A stretch of DNA of 64,000 nt from Octopus sinensis. Lineage: Eukaryota. The notes under the pieces were generated by a model, which saw only the letters and a list, made by a program, of their open reading frames with translations, ran no database searches and had not been told where the DNA came from. The stretch lies in contig NC_043023.1 of assembly GCF_006345805.1 (NCBI RefSeq), positions 5,146,001 to 5,210,000 of the forward strand, in the 5' to 3' direction. The translations under genes were made by a program, and so were the position numbers. Shown one piece after another: positions 50,338-64,000 of the stretch (positions are counted from its first letter, which is position 1; each line of letters opens with the position of its first letter).

Positions 50338-51050
50338 GTAAAGAAAAAAAAATGGGCTAGCTGGCAGAAACGTTAGCATGCTGGGTGAAATGCTTAGCAG
50401 TATTTCATCTGCCGTTACATTCTGAGTTCAAATTCCGCCCAGGTCGACGTTGCCTTTCATCCTTTCGGGGTCGATAAATTAAGTACCAGTTATGCACTGG
50501 GGCGATGTAATCGACTCAATCCCTTTGTCTGTCCTTGTTTGTTCCCTCTACATTTAGCCCCTTGTGGGCAATAAAGAAATAAGAAGCTTGCTTTCCAACC
50601 AACAAACCAAAGCCTTGTGAATGGATTTGGTAGACGAAAACTGAAAGAAACACGTTGTATATATGTGTGTTTGTGTGTGTATGTATGTGTGTGTGTGTAT
50701 CTTTGTGTCTGTGTCCTCCCACCACAGCTTTACAACCAGTGTTGGTATGTTTATGTCCCAGTAACTTGGTGGTTCAACAAAAGAGACCGATGGAATAAGT
50801 ACCAGGCTTAAAAGAAAGTACTGGAGTCAATTCATTGGATTAAAGATTCTTCAATGTGGTGCTCCAGCACGGTCGCAATAAAATAACTGAAGAAAATAAA
50901 AATACATAGGTAAGGTTCAGTGACACTGAGTGGTACATTGGGCAGGTGTCTTCTACGATAGCCTTAGGCCAACCAAAGCCTTGTGAGTGGATTTAATAAA
51001 AGGAAACTGAAAGAACCCTTCATATATATATATATATAATAATAATAATG

Positions 51051-51096
<46 letters not shown>

Positions 51097-51182
51097 TAAT
51101 AATATTAGGGAGTATAACTCCAAGCTTACAGGGAAAAATTCAATTTAGTATTAAATCAAATTTCACAATATAAATATATAAT

Positions 51183-51598
51183 ATATATAAATTAGAGAAA
51201 AACCACTATTACGCAATTCAAACAATGATAGACATAAACCAAATCATAAATAATAAATAAAATATATCTTAAAACATATAACTAGATCACAAAAAATACA
51301 AAAATGAAAACTGAAACAAATAAAGGAATTACTATTACACCTAAATGACCTGAGGAGTGACTATAATTTTAAATTGAATAGTTTTTCTATTAAATTTTAA
51401 TTTAATTGTAATTCAAATTTAAATTATAGCCATGAAACGTATGTGGTCTTTTTACTTATTATATATTGTTTATTCATTTCTGTATTTTTTGTGATCTAGA
51501 TATATGTTTTAAAATATATTTTATTTTTTATTTATGATTTGGTTTATGTCTACCATTGTTTGAATTGCATAATAGTGGTTTTTCTCTAATTTATATAT
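51183..51598. mobile_element. AT-rich element with about 125-bp inverted arms
   Basis: aattagagaaaaaccactattacgcaattcaaacaatg..ctagatcacaaaaaatac is matched in reverse at about 51470-51598. Confidence 0.75.
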
Positions 51599-53457
51599 AC
51601 ATGTGTGTGTGTGTGTGTGTGTTAGTTTTTGTCCCCACTAACGCTTGACAAATAGTGTTGGTGTGTTTACACCCCTATAGCTTAGTGGGTCAGCAAAAGA
51701 GACCAATACAAGTACCAGGCATTACACAAAAATAATGAATACCGGGGGCCAATTTGTTTGACTAAACAAAAAAAAAATCTTGTCAAGACTGTGCCTCAGT
51801 ATGGCCACAGGTTAAATGACTGAAACAAGTAAATGATATAAAAAAACAGATTTATACAAGGGTTCAAGAGTGGCTGTGTGGTAAAAAGTTTACTTCTTAA
51901 CCACATGATCCTGGGTTCAGTCCCACTGCATGCTACATTGGGAAAGTGTCTTCTATTATAGCTGCAGGTCAACCAAAACCTTGTGAGTGGATTTGGAAGA
52001 TGGAAACCGAAAGAAGCCCATCATATATGTATATAAATATTTATGTGTATGTCTCTTTATGTTTGTGGTTGTCGCCCCATCCCCACTTGACAACTGATGT
52101 TAGTGTACTTATGTTCAGCAAAAGAGCAATAGAATAAGTACTAGGATTACAAAGAATAAGACTTTCTTGACTAAAAAAACTCTTAAAGGCACTGCTCCTG
52201 TATGGTCGCAGTCACATGACTGAAACAAATAAAAGAAATGCTATTACACCTAAATGACATTGGCTTCAAATTTTACCACAAGGGCAGTAATTTTGGTGCT
52301 GGGGTTAAGTCAATTAAATCAACCTCAGTGCTCAACTACTGCTTATTTATCAACCCCAATGCTACAATAAAAGCTGTCCAACCATCTCGAGAAAAGACCC
52401 AGTCCTCCAAGACTAGGGGTTGAGCAGAAGGCTAATAACCTTCTGCTCAACCCCTAGTCTTGGAGGTGACGAGCTGGCAGAAGTGTTAGCACACTGGGTG
52501 AAATGCTTAGCAGTATTTCATCTGCCGCTACATTCTAGGTTCAAATTCTGCCAAGGGCGACTTTGCCTTTCATCCTTTCGGGGTCGATCAAATAAGTACT
52601 TGTTATGCACTGGGGTCGATATAATCAACTTAATCCGTTTGTCTGTCCTTGTTTGTCCCCTCTGTGTAGCCTCTTGTGAGCAGTAAAGAAATAAGAAGGC
52701 TAATAACCTATCCTTATAAAAATTGAGCTGATTACAGAAACTGCAACAGATCAAAACCTACCTACACATCCACACAATTCTCTTCCTAATCAGCTATACT
52801 CCTAACTTGGCCCATCAGGCTGATTAGAAATATTTGAAGCTATATTCTGATTTGTGATGAATAAAAGCTAATAGTAAATATGAATACAAAGCAGGGTCTT
52901 TATAAAGCAATATAATTGTTTCCTCAGAAAGAGATCAGGGTCACAATTGTCATTGCCTTGTTTCTAAGGCTTGGTATCATCATCATTATCATCATCGTTG
53001 TCATCACTTAACGTCTGCTTTCCATGCTATTATGGGTTGGATAGTTTGACTTGTAGCTGGCTAGCAGGGAGCTGTCCAGATTCCAGCTGTCTGTTGCGGC
53101 ATGGTTTCTGCGACTGGATGCCCTTCCCAATGCTAACAACTTAACAGAGCATGCTGGGTGCTTTTCCCATGCCACTTGCATGGGTGCATCTATGCAGCAC
53201 CCACATGAGTGCTTTTTAAGTGACACAGGCACCTAAAAGGACAAGTTTGTATGTGTGAAAGACAACGATTTTACTTACATTTGTTTGTAAATATTTCAAT
53301 TTGAAGCATACTGTAATCTAGATTACACACATAGATATAAAGACACATACAGATATATAATTACATCCTACATTATTAACTCGTTAGTATTTAACTTGGT
53401 CCAAACATTCTACTTCTTTGGTATGTTGTAATATGCTCCAAATAATATTATAACATT

Positions 53458-53965
53458 ATGATGATGGCAATCCCTCAAGGTCGAGGATGATGGTCTTCGC
53501 GCAAATTTACTGGTGAGTTCGTAGGTGACCGATAAGACCAATTCTTGCTTGAAAAGATCGGTCGCAGTGCGGACATCTAGTGCTGGAAGGGAGAGTCGCA
53601 CGTGGTTGTTGTTGGCGCTCCTTCCGTCGTCGTCTTTTCTCCTCCAGCTCTGCAGACCTTTTCGACTCGAAAGTCGCTGTTCCCTCATGGATGGTGGTTT
53701 TCCAGAGTGGTCTGTTTTTTGCCGTTTCCTCCCAGTTAGTGAAGTCGATGTCACACTTTTTAAGGTTCGTTTTCAGGGAGTCCTTGTAGCGTTTCTTCTG
53801 GTTTCCTTTTGTATGCTTGCCGTCTTTGAGTTGGGAGTAGAAGATCTGTTTGGGAAGTCGATCGTCAGTCATTCTAACCACGTGGCCGCTCCATCTTAGT
53901 TGGCCTTTGATGACATAGGCTTCGATGCTGGTCATTTTTGCTTCTTGAAGCACGCTGCCTCTCAA
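53458..53965 (-). mobile_element. 5'-truncated RTE LINE with intact C-terminal frame and (ATG)n-like tail
   Basis: QLRWSGHVVRMTDDRLPKQIFYSQL...RCPHCDRSFQARIGLIGHLRTHQ* with a C2H2-like finger. Confidence 0.9.
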
Positions 53966-54749
53966 CATTATAATATTACTAGCATTAAAGACCCGTCGTT
54001 GCCGGACCATAGTGCTAGTGCATGTATATATGAGTATATATATGTGTACATATTACATGTACATTTATATATATACATCTACACATAAAATACAAAATAC
54101 AAAGTTATATCTTGATATCGCTAGTGATAACAATACTCAAAATATATAACAGATTGGAATTGTTAGCCCGTCTCTTGTAATTTCAATCAATTGTATCTTG
54201 TCCTCCCTCTTGTATAGAAGTGTGGCTACAATCCGACGGCTGCAGCGAAATTCATTTTTGGACTTTCTTCTATTGAAGACATTTTAACAAAAATACTTCC
54301 ATGTAAACGGTGAAAATATTGTCAATTTCACCAAACAGGGGCACAATTCAATTTTTAAACAATAACCAAAGCTCCTTCTCCCAAAGGGGGAGCGTTATGG
54401 TTTACAATTATTTAACAAATGCAACACAACAACGCTTCCCTTGCGAGGAACCAACAAACGTGATAACAATAGTTAAACAGAAATAATAATAACAACAAAC
54501 CTTACGGTAAACCAAAGAGCCGTACTCTGTTGAAGCTATAGGCCTTTATGAATCAGAAATAAACTAACAGCGGTACTCAGTAGAATGCTTAATGCTAGCT
54601 AATTAGCAAATAATCTAATGTAAAAGCCATGCACGCCTTCATCTGGACTATTCCATTTCTGCACTTAAATTTTATTTTTTATTTATTCCCATTCATGTGA
54701 AACCACTGATTCAAGTTCAAGTCATTGATGCAATTTTATACCAATTGCT

Positions 54750-55124
54750 ATATTTTTACTTTTGTTATGTTATGATAATATTATATTTTAGTTTGATTTT
54801 AATTATTACTTACTACATATAATTCAATTGTTATTATTATCTCTAATTTTTATTGTTAAAGTGAAAGTATCTGACATAAAATAGAGAAATGTTTTTGTTT
54901 CACTTTTAACACGTAATACTGAAATAGTGGAGAAGATATGATATTGCTATGGGCTCGCTCTAGGCAAGAAGTTGAACATTTTATTTGCCCATGAAACTAC
55001 ATGGACCCTAAGTAAGGCATGTGTAAAATTTGAATGAAATTGGTTGTGTAGTTCTCAAGTTTTAGGGAAACACACAGACGGACAGACAGACAGACACAAA
55101 TTCTCAGTTTTATATATATAAAGA
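54750..55124 (-). mobile_element. Helitron/DINE-like repeat, reverse partner of 57392-57745
   Basis: TCTTTATATATATA start, (TGTC)n tract and shared body gagaactacacaaccaatt..gagcccatagcaatatc. Confidence 0.65.
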
Positions 55125-55760
55125 TAATCTTCATACACAATATATATTTTGTCATACTCATGCCCAGAGATCCTTTTTGGATATCAAAAAAAAGTGTTGA
55201 TGTTTGTTGGATAGGCTCTTAAACATATATTCAGTTCAACTGGTAGAATCTTTCAGAAATGAATTATCATTTGTAAATAAGTTTGCACAACTCCTGTGGA
55301 GGTGGCACATAAAATCACCATTTGAGCGTGGCCATTGCCAGTACTGCCTAATTGACCCTCGGAGTGGTTGGCGTTAGGAAGCGCATCCAGCCATAGAAAC
55401 TCTGCCAGATCAGATTGGAGCCAGTTGCAGCCATCAGGTTCGCCAGCCCTCAGTCAAAATTGTCCAACCCATGCTAGCATAGAAAGCAGACGTTAAACGA
55501 TGATGATGATGATGATGATGATGAATAAACTATTGATTTCAGAATGATTCTTCACAATTTGCTTTTTATTTAATAATCAATTCTAAGAAATACGTATACT
55601 GCTTCATATATGCACATACATACATACATACATACATACATACATACATACATACATACATACATACATACATACATGTGTATGTGTACACACACATACA
55701 TATATATGCATATATAGATATGTATGTTTACATAGATAAACATATATACAAATATACTTA

Positions 55761-55802
<42 letters not shown>

Positions 55803-56172
55803 ATATTATATATATATACACACTTGTATATATACTGTTTTATTCTTTTACTTGTTGCGCCAGAACTGTGACCATGCTGGGGCACTGCCTTTAACATACA
55901 TACACACACATATATGCAAATATATATATGTAATATAAATGTACTGATAAACATACATCTATATTCACACACATATGTGCATACACAAATATATACATAC
56001 ACATACGCAAACTTACATATGTCACAGCAATTAAAAGAAACAAACCACTGACAATTAAAAGAATGAAGCTTTTGACAGCCTCTTTACACATACACATAAA
56101 ATTGTAATTAAGATATCACCATTGACCGCAAAACCCCTTCTTTCTCTCATATATATCTATATGTATATCTAC

Positions 56173-56264
<92 letters not shown>

Positions 56265-57295
56265 GTTCACACATATATACATATATATATATACGTTCAC
56301 ACATATATACATATATATATATACACACACACATATATACATATATATAAAAATATATATGTATATACACACACATACATATATACATATATGTATATAT
56401 TTATATCAACCTATCTATATATATATACACATTCATGCATACATACATATATACATAAGTATGTATATAAATATATACATATACATACATATATGTGTAT
56501 ATATATATATATACATATACATACATATATGTATATATATATAATATATATATACATACACACACACATCTTTCAGTGTCTCACCTTTCACTACTATCTT
56601 TAACTCCTTTCTCTGCATACCCCATCACACACACACACACACACACGTTCTCTCACCCCCATCCCCCACCCCCAAGCCGCCACCTTACTCTGCTGTCCTG
56701 GCTCTCATTCTTCCATCTTTCCTTACCATAACCAGCTCATCTCGTTAGCCCTGTGAAACCTAAGCAGTGTAGCTACTGCCGCAGCTGTTGCTGGGCCTGC
56801 TGCCTGCCAACCGCCTACCCAGGTATTTTACACAGAAACAGTGTTGTATATAGCTTCTGCTGCCATATGATACCCTATTTCCACCCACCCCTGCTACCAC
56901 CCTGGTTCTAATTTGGTGTAGAGATTAGTGATTAGCCTGAGAGTGATATAGGTACAAATACGGAAGAGTCTCACATATGTAATGTAGTGAGTTGAAAAAC
57001 TGATTGACTGAGTTTGTCCATGCAGTTAGTAGGAACTCCCTCACTGAGGGATTTTTAAAAAAAGCCTAAAAAACAAGGGAGATAAGTGTGATATGATCAG
57101 CCAATTGAAAATTGTGAAGAAAAAAAAAAGAATATTGGCACAGTATGAAGGTGTGGTAAAAGTTTTTTACCCAGCCACATGGTTCCGGGTTCAGTCCCAC
57201 TGCATGGCACTTTGGACAAATGTCTTCCACTATAGCCTTGGTCTAACCAAAGCTTTGTGAATGGATTTGGTAGATGGAAACTACCAAAAAGAAGT

Positions 57296-57343
<48 letters not shown>

Positions 57344-57359
57344 TAGATAGATATATGTA

Positions 57360-57391
<32 letters not shown>

Positions 57392-57392
<1 letters not shown>

Positions 57393-57745
57393 CTTTATAT
57401 ATATAATACTGAGAATGTGTATCTGTCTGTCTGTCTGTCTGTGTGTTTCCCTAAAACTTGAGAACTACACAACCAATTCCATTCAAATTTTACATATGCC
57501 TTACTTAGGGTCCATGTAGTTTCATGGGCAATTTCAACTTCTTGCCTAGAGTGAGCCCATAGCAATATCATATCTTCTCCACTATTTCAGTATTACATGT
57601 TAAAAGTGAAACAAAAACATTTCTCTATTTTATGTCAGATACTTTCACTTTAACAATAAAAAAAATAATAATAATTGAATTATATGTAGTAAGTAATAAT
57701 TAAAATCAAACTAAATATAATATAATCGTAACATAACAAAAGTAA
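57392..57745 (+). mobile_element. Helitron/DINE-like repeat
   Basis: Reverse complement of 54750-55124. Confidence 0.65.
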
Positions 57746-58065
57746 AATATCTTATGATTGTTTCATGAATGTATAACCCTTAAAAGTGGAATTTAAAATT
57801 GATAATCATTATTAGGCAATACATCCACTTGTCACGGATGTATATTATTTCTTCAAAATTTTTAGCGCAAGATTGTACCAAGGTACATCTATGCCAGTAA
57901 CTTTTTAAACATCTTTTTCATATATTATTAAATAGCATTCAAATGACTACACGGAAATTCACCCTTTTCGTCTCTGACCAGTGGATGTATTACCTAATAA
58001 TGATTATCAATTTTAGATTCCATTTCTAAGGGTAATACAATCATGAAACGATCATAAGATATTTT
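57744..58065. mobile_element. MITE with about 85-bp imperfect TIRs
   Basis: atcttatgattgtttcatga..ttgataatcattattaggcaatacatccact pairs with agtggatgtattacctaataatgattatcaa..tcatgaaacgatcataagat. Confidence 0.75.
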
Positions 58066-58805
58066 AAACTATTAAACTTATATATATACTTCATATATTT
58101 ATACATTTATCTATTAATACAATATTATTTTGGATGTATATCATGATGTAATTTCCCTGCTCTTATTTTATAATATAATATATAATTGTTCTTATTAAAT
58201 GTCTAAATAATTTTAATGTTTTAGACATTTCCCTACCAAGAGCTGAGATCCCCTTTGGTCATGACTGACCAAGGGATTGCACCTAGAAAGTTACCCTCCC
58301 AGGCACAAGTCCGGGCAAGGTTGTTTATGGAAGACCAACAATCACCCATGCATACTGGGAGGGAGGGAGTGAATGAGTGAGTGAATGAGTGAGTGAATGA
58401 CTGAGGGAGGGAGCGAGTGAGTTAATGAGTGAGGGAGGGAGGGAGTGAGTAGCAAGATACTTGGTGTGGAAACGCATGTTGAATCAGATATTGTTATACT
58501 TGGGGATGATACCAACAATCATGCCACCAGTGTTATCCAAGGGAAAGGCAAAGGCTGATACAGCTTGGCACCTGTGACATCGCAACTCATTTCTACAGCT
58601 GAGTGAACTGGAGCAATGTGAAATAGAGTGTCTTGCTCAAGAACACAACATGCAGCCCAGTCTGGGATTCGAACTCACAACCTCGCGATCGTAAGCTCGA
58701 AGCTCAAACCACTGAGCCATGTGCCTTCACTTATTAGAAATTCAGTATATTGTATTCTCATTGAATGTATTTGATTAATGATACACACACACACACACAC
58801 ACGTA

Positions 58806-58872
<67 letters not shown>

Positions 58873-59392
58873 GTATATGTACATCTATATGGTTCTATGC
58901 ATGTGTTTTTGTGTCTGTGTTTGTCCCCCACCACTGCTCAGTAACTACTGTTGGTTTGTTTAAATCCTTGAAACTCATGTTTTAGCAAAAGAGACCAACA
59001 GAATAAGTAACAGGCTTAAAAAAAAGAACTTTGATTGATTTGTTCAACGAAAAATTCTTCAGGGAGGTTCCCCAGCATGGCTGTAGTCTAACTAGTAAAA
59101 GATAAGCGATAAAAAATGGCTGTGTGGTTAAGAGGTTCACATTGCAACCATTTGGTTTCAGGTTCAGTTCCATTGCATGGTACCTTGGGCAAGTGTCTTC
59201 TACAAGAATCCAAGACAACCAATGATTGGTGTGTGGATTTGGTAGACAGAAACTGAGTGGAAGTGCACTGTGTGTGTGTATGTATATATATATATATATA
59301 CGGAGCTGCAAAGGCAAAATATAACTTAGTCCTACAGCGCAGAATGTTCCTAAAGGTCAGCAATGGTTTCCTTGGTCATGAGTGGATGGCCA

Positions 59393-59439
<47 letters not shown>

Positions 59440-60723
59440 TAGAGTGGTTGTATACTGTCAACATAACATGACAGTCCCACAAAGGGAATTACACCACTGC
59501 TATTTAGCCCTAGGAAGCATCGACGCTTCCTGTCAGCTTTGACACTTTTCCTGTGTCCTTATATTTGTGAAGGGGAGACAAGCACCGCCACCAGCTAGGA
59601 TTCACTGCTAAGTTGGAGGAAGATTAACACACAAACACTGGTTGTGGAGTGGTGGTGGTATAGAAAAACACAGACACAAACACACACTCATATATATAAG
59701 ATGGGCTTCTTTCAGTTTCCGTCTACCAAATCTACTCACAAGGCTTTTGGTGAGCCCAGGGCTATAGTAGAAGACACTTGTCCAGTGGGACTGAACATGG
59801 AACCATGTGGTTGGGAAGCAAACTTCTTACCACTCAGCCATGCCTGCACCTTATATACACACAAGTATTCACATACCAGTAGACAGACAGACAGACAAAC
59901 ACACACACACAATGGACTTTGTACAGTTGTTGGTATCATCCCCAAGTATAACAATATCTGATTCAACATGCGTTTCCACACCAAGTATCTTGCTACTCAT
60001 TCTCCCCTCCCTCCCTCACTCACTCATTCATTCACACACTCCCTCCCTCACTCACTCATTCCCTCCCTCAGTCATTCACTCACTCACTCATTCACTCCCT
60101 CCCTCTCTTCCTCCCTTACTCACTCATTCTGCCCTCACTCACTCACTCCCTCACTCATTCACTCCCTCACTCATTCATTCCCTCCCTCCCTCATTCACTC
60201 ACTCATTCCCTCCCCACCTCCCTCAGTCACAATAGGACCGAAGAGCAACTACCTTAGGGAAGTGTTCTACATACTAAATATATACACGGCAGAGTCTCAC
60301 GTATGTAATACAGTGAAATGAAAAACTTCACCTGAGATTATTCCTGCAATTGGTGGAGAAGAACATTAGATGAAACTGATCACTGGGATTTGGCGGGGGG
60401 CGGGGGAGTCGAGGTGATGGTGGTGGTGTAGAGAGATGAAAGTGATGGCAGTTGCAATGATGATGGTGGGTGATGGCAATCTTTTATATTTTACTTGTTT
60501 CAGTCAACAGACCGTGGCCATGCTGGGGCACCGCCTTGAAGAGTCTTTAGTCAAATGAATTGACCCCAGAACTTATTTTATTTAGGCCTGGTACTTATTC
60601 TTATTATATAAACATGATATATTATATTATATAAACAGGCGCAGATCATATGATTTCATAATTAGTGCACAAAATGCACCACTTGATAAATTGTTATAAA
60701 GATTTTATCCTATTTTAAAATTT

Positions 60724-60747
60724 ATATATATATCTATATCTAACATA

Positions 60748-60790
<43 letters not shown>

Positions 60791-60830
60791 TATATGTACA
60801 TATATATATGTATATATATATATATATATG

Positions 60831-60884
<54 letters not shown>

Positions 60885-60991
60885 TATATGTACATATATA
60901 TATGTATATATATATATATATATGTATATACATATTATATATATATATATATATATATAACATATATATATGTACATCTATATATGTATAT

Positions 60992-61030
<39 letters not shown>
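60724..61030. repeat. (TA)n microsatellite
   Basis: Direct inspection. Confidence 0.97.
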
Positions 61031-62771
61031 CATCATCATCATCGTTTAATGTCCGTTTTCCGTGCTAGCATGGGTTGGACGGTTCGACAGGGTTCTGGGA
61101 AGCCAGGAGGCTGCACCAGGCTCCAGTCTTGAACTGGCAGTGTTTCTACAGCTGGATGCCCTTCCTAACACCAACCACTCCATGAGTGTAGTGGGTGCTT
61201 TTTACGTGCCAGGGGAGGTTGGCAGCGGCCACGATCAGTTGGTGCTTTTTACGTGCCACCGGCACATATATATATATATATATATATGTGTATGTATGTA
61301 TGTATGTATGTATGTATATATATATATATATATATACAGCAGAAACAGCTGTAAGAAACTGTTCTTTTTCTTTTTCTATTCTAGGAATTACTGGTACTTA
61401 TTATGTAATCGATATGTATATATATTCTCATAATTGTTTAAAATAAATAAATAGACATAATATAATTTCTAACAGTTGATGTATACTATTTCTCTATCCC
61501 CCCCATTTTCTTCTTGCCATATATATATATATATAGTTAGGTTATATTCTGTTAAGAACATGGTAGAGTACAGTATAAAGCTTGTCCACCTTCAGATTTC
61601 ACCCAATGCTATTCAACAGCAGTATTATACCTTTTGCCAGATTTGCATTGGGGCTTCTGTAGTGAGTCAATGAATAGAGGAACATTTATTTCTAATCACT
61701 ACAATTGTTTCCACGCAACGTAGTTCTCCAGGTTCATAGGTATTTGGTTATGTAACCATTTCACTGTATTATGAAATCTAGCTGTGTTTCCTCAAGTGAC
61801 ATATAAATATCATTTTGGCAAACTCAAATTTTGCTTTGATTACATTCTTTCTGTCTGTCATGGCTATATATGGTAGTAAAGACAACGCAGTATATCAAAA
61901 TATATGTATAGGAAGTTATATATATATAAAACAATTGCTGCATGGAAGGTGTTTATAAGCCATTTAAAAACACACAAAAACCATTAGAGTCAACATTTAA
62001 ATTTAATTTGCCAAAATATTTTCATCGCTTTGAGGCTGCGACCTGATCACTGTCACTGATCACTGCAATTGTTTTTGTTTCAGCACACAATCTCAGATCA
62101 GGTCACTTGCTATGCAAGTATATCTCTGTATATATATATATATATAATATAATTTGAAGGTTTGGAGATGATGTACAGGTATTTTATATTAGAAGAAATG
62201 AGGTACTCAGAAATTCGGATGGTTTTATATTTACAAATATTTATTTGTATATTACATGTTTTTATAAATCATATATCATATATCATATATTAGTGCTGGT
62301 GGAGTTTTCAAATTGAATTTGAAATTTGATATATATATATATATTTGATATATATATATATATATATATACACATATGATGGTCATCTTTCAGTTTCCAT
62401 CAGCCAAATCCACCCAGAAAGCTTTAGAAGACACTAACAGAAGACACTTGACCAAGGTGCCACACAGTAGGACTGAACTCAGAGCCATGGGGTTGGGAAT
62501 CAAGCTTCTTACCACACAACCATGCCTAAACTGTTACAGATGTAAGAATTATTGCTGATTATGATGATAGTGAGCTGCTGATGTTTGTACCATGACCAAT
62601 GTTTCACAGATGTGATATATATACACATGGTGATGATGATAGTTATGATGTTAGTGGTGGGGGTGATGATAGAAGGCACTACTACTACTGATTCTGACCA
62701 CCACCACTACTACAACTACGGTTCAAAACATGATGAAGACAGTGATGCTGGGAGTAGTGTTAATGATATAA

Positions 62772-62825
<54 letters not shown>

Positions 62826-63010
62826 GCCACTACTACTACTACTACTACTACTACTGCCACTACTACTACTACTATACTACTACTACTACTACTACTACCA
62901 CTAAAACCACCACCAAAGCCACCACCACCACCACCACCACCACCATTACCACCACCATCACAACTACTTATACTATTTGTACCACCTCTACTACAACATC
63001 TACTACTGCA
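62772..63010. repeat. (TAC)n/(ACC)n trinucleotide tract
   Basis: Direct inspection. Confidence 0.95.
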
Positions 63011-63844
63011 ACTACAGAAGCAAACAAGACCAATAGGTTATATATATATATATCTGCAAGATTCTTGATGTGAAATCGTGTGTTGAAACAGATATTGTTG
63101 TATTTAGACAAATACAACAATATATATATATATATGTGCGTGTGTGTGTGTGTATATATATATGTGTGAATATATATATATATGTGTGTGTATGTGTGTG
63201 TATATACATATATATATATGTTGTGTGTTAGTTATATATATATATATATTATATAATATATATATTAATAAAATACAAATGGGACAAGAACGCAAAACAT
63301 CCGGATAGTTAGGTGATACAAAAATAGGACAACAAAACATTCACATCGACGATACATATATATACATAAATTTATAAATGTTCTAAAATCTACACAGCCT
63401 TGGGTTTTTTTTTTATCTCACAAAAACTAAGTCCTGCGGTCAATTTATTCGACTAAAACCCTTCAAGACGGTGTTCCAGTATGGCCGCGGTCAAATGACC
63501 AAAACAAGTAAAAAAATAAAAGAATATATACGACAGGCTTTTTCAGTTTCCATCTGCCAAATCCACTCACAAGGCTTTGGTCAGTCCAAGGCTATAGAAG
63601 AAAACATTTGCCCAAGGTGCCATGCTGTGGAACAGAACCCAAAAACCATGTGATTGCAAGCAAGCTTCTTAACTACACAGCCTGCTGAACCAGTTCTCCT
63701 TTTTCTTTTTTATGGAGAATCTACAACTTCTCAGTTTGAGAACAATAGGGTGTTTGTGGCTATAAAGCAGTGGTTCTCAATCAGAGTTCATATGGCATTT
63801 GGGGAACCACAAGATTTTGTAGTAAAATTTCACAGCAATAAATT

Positions 63845-64000
63845 GGCGTAGGAGTGTCTGTGTGGTAAGTAGCTTGCTTACGAACCGCATGGTTCCAGGT
63901 TCAGTTCCACAGCATGGCACCTTGGGCAAGTGTCTTCTATTATAGCCTTGGGCCGACCAAAGCCCTGTGAGTGGATTTGGTAAACGGAAACTGAAAGAAG
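63845..64000 (+). mobile_element. SINE family A head, cut by the window end
   Basis: ggcgtaggagtgtctgtgtggtaagtagc...ggttcagttcc. Confidence 0.85.

Noticed and set aside
52762-52920. Minus-strand GTAGGT donor preceded by several AGs
   Set aside because: Stops in all frames; at most a UTR exon, with no support.
61631-61656. 26-nt AG..GT segment (APMQIWQK) as a possible 5' exon
   Set aside because: Too short, all three frames are open, and similarity is not distinguishable from chance.

Overview
Eukaryotic, AT-rich, repeat-saturated genomic DNA. The SINE families and microsatellite load look like an octopus (cephalopod) genome, which is an inference. One intron-rich protein-coding gene runs on the minus strand and leaves the window at the left edge. 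I assembled 10 GT-AG exons by hand (about 1.1 kb, about 368 codons) in two phase-consistent blocks, 42571-28800 and 9832-643, with at least one bridging exon unresolved. The joined peptide is collinear with the N-terminal helical region of separase (ESPL1) as I recall the human sequence; no database search was possible. The rest is intron: several tRNA-derived SINE families, RTE, CR1 and Penelope-like retroelement fragments, mariner/pogo-type and other MITEs, Helitron-like elements, a solo LTR, a retroposed 5S rRNA pseudogene, local tandem and inverted duplications and long microsatellites. Almost all ORFs in the supplied track are microsatellite or transposon artefacts. The most interesting signals are minimal hammerhead-ribozyme-like motifs with a shared extra A in Penelope-type repeats, a pre-miRNA-like hairpin that folds best on the host-gene strand, a 22-nt microexon, a young inverted SINE pair around an in-frame exon, a SINE-5S chimera and a locally templated inverted insertion.
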